Notes under the pieces: generated by a model
The model's input: only the letters and a program-made list of their open reading frames with translations
The model's database searches: none
What the model was told of the DNA's origin: nothing
Part shown: positions 38,622-48,339 of the stretch, in pieces
Numbering within the stretch: the stretch's first letter is position 1
How the letters are laid out: every line of letters begins with the position of its first letter
Translations under genes and position numbers: made by a program
Origin: Giardia intestinalis
Taxonomy: Eukaryota
Assembly: GCA_000002435.2 (NCBI GenBank)
Contig: CM018789.1
Length of the DNA stretch: 64,000 nt
Direction: 5' to 3' (one strand)

Positions 38622-39947
38622 CTAATCTCGTTCAGGATCTGGCTTGGCAAAGTCACGCAGTCTTCTCAAGCACACGTTATCGGCATCAATCATGAGGTCG
38701 TTTATTATCTTGCAGATGTCGTTGTATGTACGTGTCGATGCATTCATTGCCTTGCGATGCTTCTCTGAATGGTGCTGCAAGAACGGTCTCAGGTTGTCAT
38801 GGTACCTTTCTCCTCCCCGGACAAATGGAAGGAGCATCTTTTCTCCTCCGTGCAAAGGGGTGCTAGTAGACAAGTAGGCGGCCCCTAGGACCTGCTTTAG
38901 AACTTGCAAGTTAACCAGGTGCACGTCATCAACGTAGAGCTCCCTCTGCCTATAAGGTGTGGTCCCCCCTCCTGGAGCAGCCACCCAATACTTCTTGTCT
39001 GATAACCCCCTGTACACCAAGGATGCAATTATATCAATGATTGCGTTAGCATGTGCGATCCTCTGGAGACACTCTTGACTATTGGCTTGCTTTCTGGAAT
39101 ATAACGCTATCTTCGATCGATCCGACTCCTTCGGGAGGGCCTTTCCATCCATAATGTCTGCAATCTCTGCTGGATGCAGTGCTTCTGAGACACTGCACGA
39201 CCATCTAGGTAAGAGTATGTTGATTTTGCGTGTATAGTTACGAATTCTTTCCAGATCTTCATGTATCTTACTTACCAGTTCTGGGACGGATTCTTCTATA
39301 GACAGAGATCCTTGCGTTTGAGGAAGGGTCCTAGTGCGGCTCTGTGGCCGCTGGTTAAGTGATAGAGCTTTCTGGATGGGTGCTGCACCCTTGGCTCCGC
39401 CTCTGGAATCGCTTAGCTTGTGTGTCCCTTTGTTACTCACTACACCTTCTTTTGTAACGCTTTCAGCACATAAGTGAATGCCTGAGACATTGATAGAGGT
39501 AAAAAGGGCAACGTGTAGGAGGCGAGAAATTAACACAACGTAGCAAATTGCTAAAGCCATAGTATGGCCATCAAAGTCTGCCACAGCCCTACAAAGGTCG
39601 GCGGTGTGAACATGAGTACGTGTGATAGAGAAAGCAAATCCCATTTTGATGAGGGCGTTCTCCATGACCAAAAGAAAGTCCCGCGCTGTGGGACGGACTT
39701 TATCTCGACTTCTGTACTCCGCGGCAAGGGCTTGGAGCTGGGCAGATGGATCGGCAAGCTGGCCCCGGTAGTAATACACTGCTATTAGAAGGTCGTGTAG
39801 CGAGTAGAAAAGTGCAGAGACGTCCGATTTCTCAAGCATCTCTGAATTTGCTATTCCTCGGTAAAGAGTTTCTGGAGTCAAGGAAGTAATACCCGCGTGT
39901 TTCATGGCTCGCACCACACAGCCTATGGCTGTCTTGACAGTGGCCAT
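38622..39947 (-). CDS. hypothetical protein (441 aa)
   Basis: ATG 39947. No recognised domain. Confidence 0.45.
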   Translation of the reverse strand: MATVKTAIGCVVRAMKHAGITSLTPETLYRGIANSEMLEKSDVSALFYSLHDLLIAVYYYRGQLADPSAQLQALAAEYRSRDKVRPTARDFLLVMENALIKMGFAFSITRTHVHTADLCRAVADFDGHTMALAICYVVLISRLLHVALFTSINVSGIHLCAESVTKEGVVSNKGTHKLSDSRGGAKGAAPIQKALSLNQRPQSRTRTLPQTQGSLSIEESVPELVSKIHEDLERIRNYTRKINILLPRWSCSVSEALHPAEIADIMDGKALPKESDRSKIALYSRKQANSQECLQRIAHANAIIDIIASLVYRGLSDKKYWVAAPGGGTTPYRQRELYVDDVHLVNLQVLKQVLGAAYLSTSTPLHGGEKMLLPFVRGGERYHDNLRPFLQHHSEKHRKAMNASTRTYNDICKIINDLMIDADNVCLRRLRDFAKPDPERD

Positions 39948-39957
39948 GTTTTAAAAA
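39948..39957. promoter_or_regulatory. 10-bp A/T-only intergenic (ttttaaaaaa) shared by divergent genes 38622..39947(-) and 39958..44880(+)
   Basis: ATG 39947 on the minus strand and ATG 39958 on the plus strand are separated only by ttttaaaaaa. Confidence 0.5.
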
Positions 39958-42900
39958 ATGACTTTTTTTGAACCCAACTATCTCGCCGAGGCTTTAAGCT
40001 TCCGATCACGCCTCACTATTGGCTTACACATCAATAAGACCAGTGCAGAGTTGTGTGCGCGAAATGGTATAGATTTGCTCCACTTTTTGCGGAATATGCC
40101 ACCATATCGTGTACAAGCTCCTCTGACTGCAGACTACATCAATTACCAAGGAAGACGAACGTCTGCTGTGTTAAACAATCTCCAATTTAAGTTGTATCTA
40201 GTCGATGAACTAGCCTCTATTCCGCTTCGTGTTTCACAAATTGTCACACCAGCTCCTGACCAAGCAATAGCCAGCGCCAATGATACGCTCATTAAGAACG
40301 CTCTTGGACAATTAGTGCAGCACTTTCAGGGCTCATCACGCAACTCCACGTCCTCTTTGTCTACCAGCCTCCACTCTAGCACCATTGAAAGCATCTCGTC
40401 TGATATCCTCCGGGATATAGTTTCTGCATACGCCAATGCTGGCTTCGCCCAGTTTAGATGCTTTGAGCATGACTTCTTGGACAACCCCGTTGGGTATCTG
40501 GCTGTCTGTGCAATGACTGACTCTCGCGAAGAGAAGATAGCGGCTATTAAGAAAATAACCACAGGACTGCCCGCAGTTCTTCAAGGTGCTGTCTCTGGCA
40601 TGTCTGACAACGACGTCTGCCTAACATTATTGATCATAGACCTTTATCCCACTGATCGATCGAGTCAGTATATCGATCCAGGATTACATAATGAACTAAC
40701 ACGTTATCGCGTCAAGCCGCTTTACCTCAATTTACAGCTGTTTCAGCAATACATTATGGAACCTTCAACGGACGTTAACATTACTGAGTATTTGCAAAGC
40801 ACGCATACTAAACGCTACTTCGAGTACTTATTTTCATGTGAGGGCTTCGCCGCAGATATGTACAGTGATATTGTCTGGTCTCCCATGGCAATGGATCCAT
40901 CCAGCGAGGATAAAAAAGGTCTCTATGCACGCCCCACGGTCTCAGACCTGATTGTTAAGCAAAGCAATGTACTCTTCAGCTTTTTCAACACGGTGTTCTC
41001 ATACTATCTAAAGACCATCTTGATCCCATTCCTGGCTTCGAAACTATTTAACATCTCTGAAAGCTGCGAGGAGACAGTTAGCGTAGGGAAGAAGATGGCC
41101 AATATTTTAGCCGGTCACCACACGTCCGCTAAGCAGGCAACTCGTACGGTTCCAGCACATGCTCATTTATCACAAGGAAAGGCATTCTATACGAAGTTCC
41201 CCATCGAGTACAGAATTCGCCGTCTGGCAGATTTACTCTTGCAATGCAACCTTATTGATGACGCTTGCGCGTACTACGAGACTTTGCTTCCAAGACAAAA
41301 GCATAAGGCGACCTCTCCTTTCGTGGCAGAGGCATATGAGGGTGCGGCCTTCGCTAGTTTACGCAAGTACTTTGCAAACTATTCGTTTGATAATGCGCAT
41401 GTCCACATTTCTGCCGACGACACCTCAAAACTCCTGAAGTACTACGGAGAGGCGTTGCGCATCATTAACGATTGTTTATCGGACCCTACATTGGGACATG
41501 TGAGCCTTTGCAACGCCTCCTTGCACAGCCCTTTCCGGCTGTCTGGCCAAGTATTTAACTCTCCGTTACAAAACGCTGAAAACGGTCTGAGCCCCTTCAC
41601 ACCAACGCCCGCCTTTCAGACACGCATATCTGTCTATCGCCTCTTTGACTATAAGCGATATCTTGAGATAATGGCGGCCTTGGTGTACACTGTGTCGGGA
41701 CAGAGCTTCCATTTGGTGGAAAAGACCTTTTCCTACGCTATTCCTCACACGATCAACTCTCTCACAGCAGCGCTTTCCTACCTGGTTTCTAGCTTTCTTC
41801 TCTGTGAGGCACGATATGTACGCCTGGGAACAGAGTCGGCATTCAGAGCAGGCGCACTTTTCTTTAACGACCGTCTTTTCAATCTAGCCTTTCTGTGCTT
41901 TACGTATGCCTTCATGAACTTAGATCGGCCTCATCTGCTGCCAGCACTTAAGACAGGATGGTGGTTTGCAACCGTTTATGAGTCAGAGCTCCTCTATTGC
42001 AGGACACGGGCGTTGCGTTCAGAAAGATTGGATCTACAGACTGCCGCAACAAAGGAGCCGACGCTGATTGATGCCCTTTCAAATAAGATTCTTCAGCTCC
42101 TTAAGAACACCACTTCTAAGCAGATGCAAACAGAACTATTCTATCCTAAGGACATCTCCTCTATTGTTAAGCATACGCCATCAACATTTTCTGACCCATC
42201 CTCTCCAATAGGTTCATGTTTTGCGTCTCTACAACGGCTCTTGATCACAAACCAGGTTGCCCTCCCCCAGCTCATGAGTCTCTTTTGTCTTCCCTTCTCT
42301 ACGGCCAAAGAAATAGAAGAGCGTAGTCTTAGATTTTGCATCAAGAACGTCACACCCCCAGTACGCAACATCGGAGAAACCCCTCTGCGCTATACAGTTC
42401 GTTTGTTCAGCGACCTCATTCAGTCGACCAACGGGGATGCAGACTCTAGCATTAACACGTTCCTTAAAAAGGCGTTTACACCAGCACGGAAGTTCATTGT
42501 AAGAGACTACCTGGTCGACTTTTTGACCCATATTGCTCCGCGACTAACAAACTTTGATTACAAGGTACTCTTAAAAGCTGATGCAGAAAAGCTGAAGATA
42601 ATCCACAAGGAGATACGGATTCCAAGCGTCTCTGTTAGCGGGCTTTATCACCCTAATATCAACCTTTCTTCTATTATCTTATTGGATAGCAAATCTCTCC
42701 CTTGTCCATTTGAGACTCTTCAGGGATTGGTGTATCACAAGCTGGCCAAAACCCAGCTACTGGATCAGCTAAATAACATCAAAGCAATACGAGCCGGCGA
42801 AACTGCTATGGCGATCTTCTGTCTCAGTAACGAATATCCGCTGCTGGATTATGATATTAAGAAAGTGGAGCTGTCGTTATGTTTTTATGATGAAAGCAAC

Positions 42901-44880
42901 CGACCACTTCCTTCTGCTACCCTGGAGCTCAGAAGCAAAAACGCACTTGTGATACCGACCAAGATGGCCTTCATAAGCGGTAGCATTCTTCTTTGTGGGA
43001 TCCCAATTATTATGCCGTCTGACACACGAACTATCTCAAAAATGGAGATCCGTGGTCTTCGAATTTCTTTTCTCCCCATAGATGTGCGTTCAACAGGGTC
43101 TCTTTCAAAGTCGTCTTCCTTTTCCAAGTCAAAATCCTCGCTACCCCCACTTACAACATCAACCGTTCCAAATGATGGGGCCACCACCCAGCAGACAGAG
43201 ATTATTTTGGAAACTCCTGTCTCATTCCCCGTTCTTTCGCATGCTGCTGACATTGTGATATCCGTTGTATTTCCAAACTCACCAGTGCTTCCGGGGCAGA
43301 TTGTCCAGGGGCAATTGGTAGTGAAGAACACTGGCCAGCGCGATGTTTCCAATCTGCTTATCTCCTCAAGCCATCAAGCATATTGTGTCTATGATCATGA
43401 GGCGTGTGTTTATCTGGATGAAGTAACACTAGAGTCGGACCAACATGAGGGTACGCTGTCTTCAAAACTAACAGATATCTCTCTTGAGGTGGCCCTCGAT
43501 TTTATCTTCCCAAGCCCTCTAGCTGTATTATCAGAACTAGAGCAGATTGCAGCCACTCCTCACGAACAATCCGTACTGAAGCTGGATCTTGCAAGGCCTT
43601 ACATTAAGAGGGTCTTGCAGAATTGTATGAAAGAGCTTATGATGCCTCCCATGCTCCAGGATAGATTGATCGTTTGCAGAAGGAGCCTAAGATCACGCGA
43701 GTCTATTGCGATTCCAATACTTCTTCTTATTCCACCTGGAGCGCAACCAGGAAAGCTCATTGTTGAATACTATCTAGGATACTCTATTACTGTTTGGCCT
43801 GTCGTGTCAGAAACTACTGCAGAGCTTCATATCCTCTCCGCAGCTAAGCCCAGTCTCCAAGGCCAGCCAAGTCTATCGTTACCTAGGGATGCGATTGCAA
43901 AGTCAGTTGCAGAAAAACAGCATAGCGTTAGAGCAATTCTTCCATCCGGTCAGGATGAGCTAGTTGCAGTAATACTCTCAAAGCGGTGCACTCCACCATC
44001 TCTGTGTAGACTCACTCTGGAGAAGAGTGGATTCACCTACACTGGAACGTTCCTCTGTGACCAGTACAAAGACTCATTGAGATTACTTCGGCAGCGCAGC
44101 CAGTCATTCACACCAACCCAACAAAATAAGGTGGGCATTCCACCGGACGCACTGGCCAATGAGGCCTTGATTAAGCAGACTAAGGATCTTGCAGGAATAT
44201 CTCGATCGTCGCTATTAAAGCTACATGAGAACATTACATTGTTGCTTAAGCGGGCAGAACTACACAAATACGGCCCCAGCCTTTTACCCCTGGCATACAA
44301 CTACCTAAAAAAGCAAAGTAACTTTTCATTTCAAGACCGAAACGATACTGCTTATAACCTAAATGAATTTCATAGCACAATCCTAAAGGACTTGCAGACA
44401 GTTCAAAGCGCCGTGCTCGATATGTACGTTAAAGAATTTTGTCAAGTAACGACAAGAGACTTTAGTCTGGTTTATTCTTCTGGGGACAAGGTGTTCTTAA
44501 ATCGTGAATTCACCCCCACTGCTTCTCGTGACCCGCCTGGGCTGGGCCCTCTATCTGCAATGGTCCGATGCAATGCTGCAGCCGATGGTAAGGTAAGCTT
44601 TGACCTTGTTATGGTTAACCGGTCTCTTACCGTGATTAATACACACGTGTCTGCCAATATTAGTGGTCCTACCGGCCTGTTTTCCATGATAGGCCTCCAG
44701 ACAATCATTGGGGAAATAGATTCATTTGAAGTAGCCATAGTGCCTTTTATGGCGTGTGCCTCTTCGATTGGAGAGTGCACAATCTCCGTCTCTGTCGACG
44801 CGACCGTCTCCGTGGGTTCTCTACAGAGAAGGGTCCCAGTAGTTGATTGTGGGCTCCGGCTTTCTCTCATCGTTGCATAG
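39958..44880 (+). CDS. large hypothetical protein (1640 aa)
   Basis: Uninterrupted 4.9-kb ORF from an ATG. No motif recognised by eye. Confidence 0.55.
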   Translation: MTFFEPNYLAEALSFRSRLTIGLHINKTSAELCARNGIDLLHFLRNMPPYRVQAPLTADYINYQGRRTSAVLNNLQFKLYLVDELASIPLRVSQIVTPAPDQAIASANDTLIKNALGQLVQHFQGSSRNSTSSLSTSLHSSTIESISSDILRDIVSAYANAGFAQFRCFEHDFLDNPVGYLAVCAMTDSREEKIAAIKKITTGLPAVLQGAVSGMSDNDVCLTLLIIDLYPTDRSSQYIDPGLHNELTRYRVKPLYLNLQLFQQYIMEPSTDVNITEYLQSTHTKRYFEYLFSCEGFAADMYSDIVWSPMAMDPSSEDKKGLYARPTVSDLIVKQSNVLFSFFNTVFSYYLKTILIPFLASKLFNISESCEETVSVGKKMANILAGHHTSAKQATRTVPAHAHLSQGKAFYTKFPIEYRIRRLADLLLQCNLIDDACAYYETLLPRQKHKATSPFVAEAYEGAAFASLRKYFANYSFDNAHVHISADDTSKLLKYYGEALRIINDCLSDPTLGHVSLCNASLHSPFRLSGQVFNSPLQNAENGLSPFTPTPAFQTRISVYRLFDYKRYLEIMAALVYTVSGQSFHLVEKTFSYAIPHTINSLTAALSYLVSSFLLCEARYVRLGTESAFRAGALFFNDRLFNLAFLCFTYAFMNLDRPHLLPALKTGWWFATVYESELLYCRTRALRSERLDLQTAATKEPTLIDALSNKILQLLKNTTSKQMQTELFYPKDISSIVKHTPSTFSDPSSPIGSCFASLQRLLITNQVALPQLMSLFCLPFSTAKEIEERSLRFCIKNVTPPVRNIGETPLRYTVRLFSDLIQSTNGDADSSINTFLKKAFTPARKFIVRDYLVDFLTHIAPRLTNFDYKVLLKADAEKLKIIHKEIRIPSVSVSGLYHPNINLSSIILLDSKSLPCPFETLQGLVYHKLAKTQLLDQLNNIKAIRAGETAMAIFCLSNEYPLLDYDIKKVELSLCFYDESNRPLPSATLELRSKNALVIPTKMAFISGSILLCGIPIIMPSDTRTISKMEIRGLRISFLPIDVRSTGSLSKSSSFSKSKSSLPPLTTSTVPNDGATTQQTEIILETPVSFPVLSHAADIVISVVFPNSPVLPGQIVQGQLVVKNTGQRDVSNLLISSSHQAYCVYDHEACVYLDEVTLESDQHEGTLSSKLTDISLEVALDFIFPSPLAVLSELEQIAATPHEQSVLKLDLARPYIKRVLQNCMKELMMPPMLQDRLIVCRRSLRSRESIAIPILLLIPPGAQPGKLIVEYYLGYSITVWPVVSETTAELHILSAAKPSLQGQPSLSLPRDAIAKSVAEKQHSVRAILPSGQDELVAVILSKRCTPPSLCRLTLEKSGFTYTGTFLCDQYKDSLRLLRQRSQSFTPTQQNKVGIPPDALANEALIKQTKDLAGISRSSLLKLHENITLLLKRAELHKYGPSLLPLAYNYLKKQSNFSFQDRNDTAYNLNEFHSTILKDLQTVQSAVLDMYVKEFCQVTTRDFSLVYSSGDKVFLNREFTPTASRDPPGLGPLSAMVRCNAAADGKVSFDLVMVNRSLTVINTHVSANISGPTGLFSMIGLQTIIGEIDSFEVAIVPFMACASSIGECTISVSVDATVSVGSLQRRVPVVDCGLRLSLIVA

Positions 44881-44975
44881 CTGGAGTAAATGTTCACCAC
44901 TTGCTAACAGATCAAGCCATTACAAATTGTAAAACTACATAGCTGATATTTTTGTTGATACCTTGCCCGCGAGCG

Positions 44976-46565
44976 ATGAGTTCGTTCTTATCTGCAGATA
45001 CTCATAGCACTTTGGCGCCATATCTGTCAGCAGAGGTAACTCATAAGGATTTTCGTTCTGGGATCTACGGCGATAGCGCCTCAACCCAGAAAGGACAGCA
45101 TCTGTTGAAGCACCAGAACCAATACATTGATGGCCTCTTAATAGATAAAGAGGCAGATCTTGCAAGTCATGTGCAGCGGATCTTCGATCTTAACGACCCA
45201 ATAAGGCGCTTGTATCTGCTCTACCTTTCGCAACAAGCCGACATTACAGAGGTGGAGGTCTGCCTTTTAAAGGAGATCATGTGCCTGCGGGCCATTGTTG
45301 TGGGCTATCTAGAATACACCGATACATGGCATGAGCATCTCCAGGTACTACCGCTGAGCGCGTCATTTCGTACTCTAAGTGCAAGCCTAGCTTCTCGTCT
45401 GAGTGAAGAGTTGACAGAGAGGCTAGACAGGCTCACAAATACATGTGCAGTTCAGACAGTGGCACAAAGCATGACCAGTGTTCACACTCAAACCTTGAAT
45501 CAAGGTTTGTCTAGAGCACTTGCTGCTAGTGGGTTAGCAGATGAAAGCGATGCACTCATCACAAGTGCTGTTTCTTCTAGCGGGGTCAGACTCCCAACAC
45601 AGACACATAATCCGCTTGTTAGCAAAGTGAAGCAGTTACATGACCTTCTTGCAGAAAAAGAGGCCCGCATTGCAGAGCTTTCTACAGATCTCGCTGAGGC
45701 ACGCCAACAAATAGCTAATCATCGCGATTCGTTACATATTACAGATTTGTATACGGAGAAGCAATCTGGCTTCTCTGGGCCATTTCCAGCCAGCCAAGAT
45801 TCTAAGTTGGTTGTTAAACAGAGATCTACAAGCGCAGGGGTGTATACGGCAAAATCTGCATGTGAGCCGCTAGTAGCTCCATCTCAGAGAGCCTCTTCCA
45901 TACCAGATCATCAAAATGCCCACAGTAATACCCAGACAATCGTCTCGGCTGAACTAGTGCCAAAGACAGTGCTAGTGAATCTACACAAGTCTATCTCGGA
46001 ACGAGACACTCTTCTGGCAGAAAAATGTGAAATAATAACCACTCAACAGAAAGAGATTTCTTGGTTGAAGGAGATGTTGCGAATGCATGAAGCAGAAAAA
46101 GAAAGAGTTGCCCTACAGTCGACCACGTGCCACCAACCAGCTTCGCTCGTGCAATCTAATACTATAGAGTCTGATCACCCACTAGATAAGCGGAACAGTA
46201 GAGTGTCTTTTAGCATGGATGCTTCGACACCATCTAAGCGGGCTCGTTCTAAGAAGTCCCGAACAGTCGAGGCAATGATTGACGCCCTAGAGTTAGAGTC
46301 GCAGGTGATGTCCCTGAAAAACCAAATCTCTAAACTCCCCGCATCTGAAGATCTGGTTGAGGATGCGGTGACCCGCTTAGCATTCCTCGAGCAAGAACTT
46401 ACTCAGAAGTCCATCAGCTTGACAGACCTTAAGGCCTCTGCAGGCTCACCTCTCAGCCAAGCCGTCTCTCCACAGGTTTTTGACGACGATATCTCCAGAT
46501 TGATTGCTGATCACCAAGCGGTCTTTGCAACGGTTGAACGGTCCCTCTCACAAGCAACCAAATGA
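44976..46565 (+). CDS. hypothetical protein with coiled-coil segments (529 aa)
   Basis: The track start at 44952 is TTG; first ATG is 44976. Coiled-coil-like C-terminal half. Confidence 0.45.
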   Translation: MSSFLSADTHSTLAPYLSAEVTHKDFRSGIYGDSASTQKGQHLLKHQNQYIDGLLIDKEADLASHVQRIFDLNDPIRRLYLLYLSQQADITEVEVCLLKEIMCLRAIVVGYLEYTDTWHEHLQVLPLSASFRTLSASLASRLSEELTERLDRLTNTCAVQTVAQSMTSVHTQTLNQGLSRALAASGLADESDALITSAVSSSGVRLPTQTHNPLVSKVKQLHDLLAEKEARIAELSTDLAEARQQIANHRDSLHITDLYTEKQSGFSGPFPASQDSKLVVKQRSTSAGVYTAKSACEPLVAPSQRASSIPDHQNAHSNTQTIVSAELVPKTVLVNLHKSISERDTLLAEKCEIITTQQKEISWLKEMLRMHEAEKERVALQSTTCHQPASLVQSNTIESDHPLDKRNSRVSFSMDASTPSKRARSKKSRTVEAMIDALELESQVMSLKNQISKLPASEDLVEDAVTRLAFLEQELTQKSISLTDLKASAGSPLSQAVSPQVFDDDISRLIADHQAVFATVERSLSQATK

Positions 46566-46664
46566 TACGATTCACTCGACTCATTGACTACATCGAGTGC
46601 TGCGCCACTACCCTACGGGGGCGGGTACGCCCATCCACTGCCGCTCCAGAGGCAAGGTAGATTT

Positions 46665-48339
46665 CGTGGAGCCAGGGCGGCTCTCGCGGGGCCTGGCACC
46701 TGGCGTCCTGGGCGGTGCCGGGTCTGAGTGGGTGTGCGCCTTCAGCACTGTGGGCGTCCCCCGTCCCTCTTCTGGTACAAGGGATCGGTGATGCGTACCC
46801 CCTCGGTCTGCGTGCGATTGTCAGTGCCCGTGCCTCGTGGTGTCCCGGCTCTTTCAGCCCCAGCTGTCGCGGCGCCCTGCTCCGGCCATATCCCCACGAG
46901 GCCGCGTATTCTTCCATGGGACGGTCCTGGTTCCGTAGAGGCACGCCTGGGCCCACGATTCTCCCTGCGGAGGCCCCGTTGTCTGTGCTACTGGGGTCTG
47001 GGCCATCCGTCTGTACCGCTGCTTCAGGAGTCACATGAGTAAACTGCCTTTCACGTGGCTTTTTATAGAAGTAGACACTGATTGTAATCAACAGGGTCTA
47101 AAGATCTCTCGCCAATTGTACATGTCAGATCCTGTGGATTTTGGAATCCTTGGGTAGCATCCGTGCCCGGCTGATACGCGCGCCTCGGGCTCAGCAAGCC
47201 TGCCACCCTCCTCCTCTTGCCCCCTGCGAGGACGCCGCCACTGGCTAGACGCGTGCACAGCTTGTCCATCCGGCCCTTGAGAAGAGCCACATCACACGAG
47301 GAAGGGCGCCGTTTACTCGAGGAGAGAGGCGATTGCGTCGTGGCCATGCCTCCTTGCGATGTCGAGGGCGGTGGTGCCGGGCGGGAAGCCGAACCACTCG
47401 CGGGTGGTCTGCATGCCTTTCTCCTTGTCCATCAGGAGCCTCGCACACTCCAGGTGACCACTCTGCGCTGCATGCATGAGCGCTGTCCATCCATTGTTAG
47501 TCTTCATGCCGTCTTCTTTGTCTACTAGAAGCCTCACGCAGTCCGAGCAACCGTTGTCGGCTGCGTGCATGAGGGCAGTCCACCCACTGTTGGCCCTCAT
47601 CCCGCCTTCCTTGTCCAGTAGAGCCTCCGCACACTCGCGGCGCCCATACTGTGCTGCATACATTAGGGCGGTCTTCCCATCATCCGTTTTCATGCCACCC
47701 TCCCTCTTCAGCAGAACCTTCACGGCTCTCAGGTTTCCATACTCTGCTGCTGACATGATGTCGGTCTCGACGAAGCCGTATTTCAGCAACAAAAAAGACG
47801 AGAGACTCAGCCCGCTCCCCCCTGTTGGCGGCAAAACTCTGCGGCGTCATCGAGGCTCCCATCGGAAGCAGACCCCTCGGTGTCCTGAGGGCGACGACTC
47901 ATTTCCGAAGCCCCAAGCACGTCGCTCGGCATTTTTAACTTCGTCTGCTTGCAGGAAGACACTGCCACGGAAACACACACTTTGCTCTCTGCTTCACTGA
48001 GAACGGTTTGTCAACTGCTGTCCGAGCATCTCCGTGAGAGCCGCCGCGCTGGGTGGGCCGCCCGCTCACCGTCCGGGGTCCAAGGTTCAGATCTTGAAGT
48101 TCGAACTCGTGCCCTCATACAAGGCCTCCTCCCCTGTGGGTAGGCGGGTCTCACGCTCGTTCACTTCTCCAATCCAGGACTCAGAACTCGAAGCTTGAGC
48201 GTCGCATGTCATGATGATTTACTCCACCCACCGGTTGCTTCCAGTGGTGTGCTGCTGGGGCCTGCCTGCAGGTATGGTCCAGAGATCTCACGGGTAAGCT
48301 CTTGCTCAGTCCCTGACTAGTCCGGAGACGAGGGTTGGC
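46665..48339. repeat. left arm of a ~1.67-kb near-perfect inverted repeat (partner 51150..52824)
   Basis: ORF pairs are protein-identical in reverse orientation, with coordinates summing to 99489 (47834/51655, 47091/52398, 48143/51346). Direct reverse-complement comparison matches at 46665-46700 vs 52789-52824 and 48181-48320 vs 51169-51308 (2 mismatches). Similarity decays to degenerate by ~48440/51050. GC-rich. Confidence 0.85.
47313..47756 (-). CDS. small ankyrin-repeat protein (Giardia protein 21.1-type repeats), copy A inside the IR arm
   Basis: 147 aa from the first ATG (the track start is TTG). Four repeats with the TALMYAAQYG / TALMHAADNG / TALMHAAQSGH pattern. Identical to 51733..52176(+). 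Confidence 0.5.
   Translation of the reverse strand: MSAAEYGNLRAVKVLLKREGGMKTDDGKTALMYAAQYGRRECAEALLDKEGGMRANSGWTALMHAADNGCSDCVRLLVDKEDGMKTNNGWTALMHAAQSGHLECARLLMDKEKGMQTTREWFGFPPGTTALDIARRHGHDAIASLLE

Noticed and set aside
48080-48140. tRNA-like GTTCGAAC T-loop-like motif inside the IR arm (mirrored at ~51350-51410), which might indicate a tRNA gene or SINE
   Set aside because: No complementary T-stem, acceptor stem or anticodon arm could be folded around it. Judged a chance GTTCGA occurrence in GC-rich sequence.
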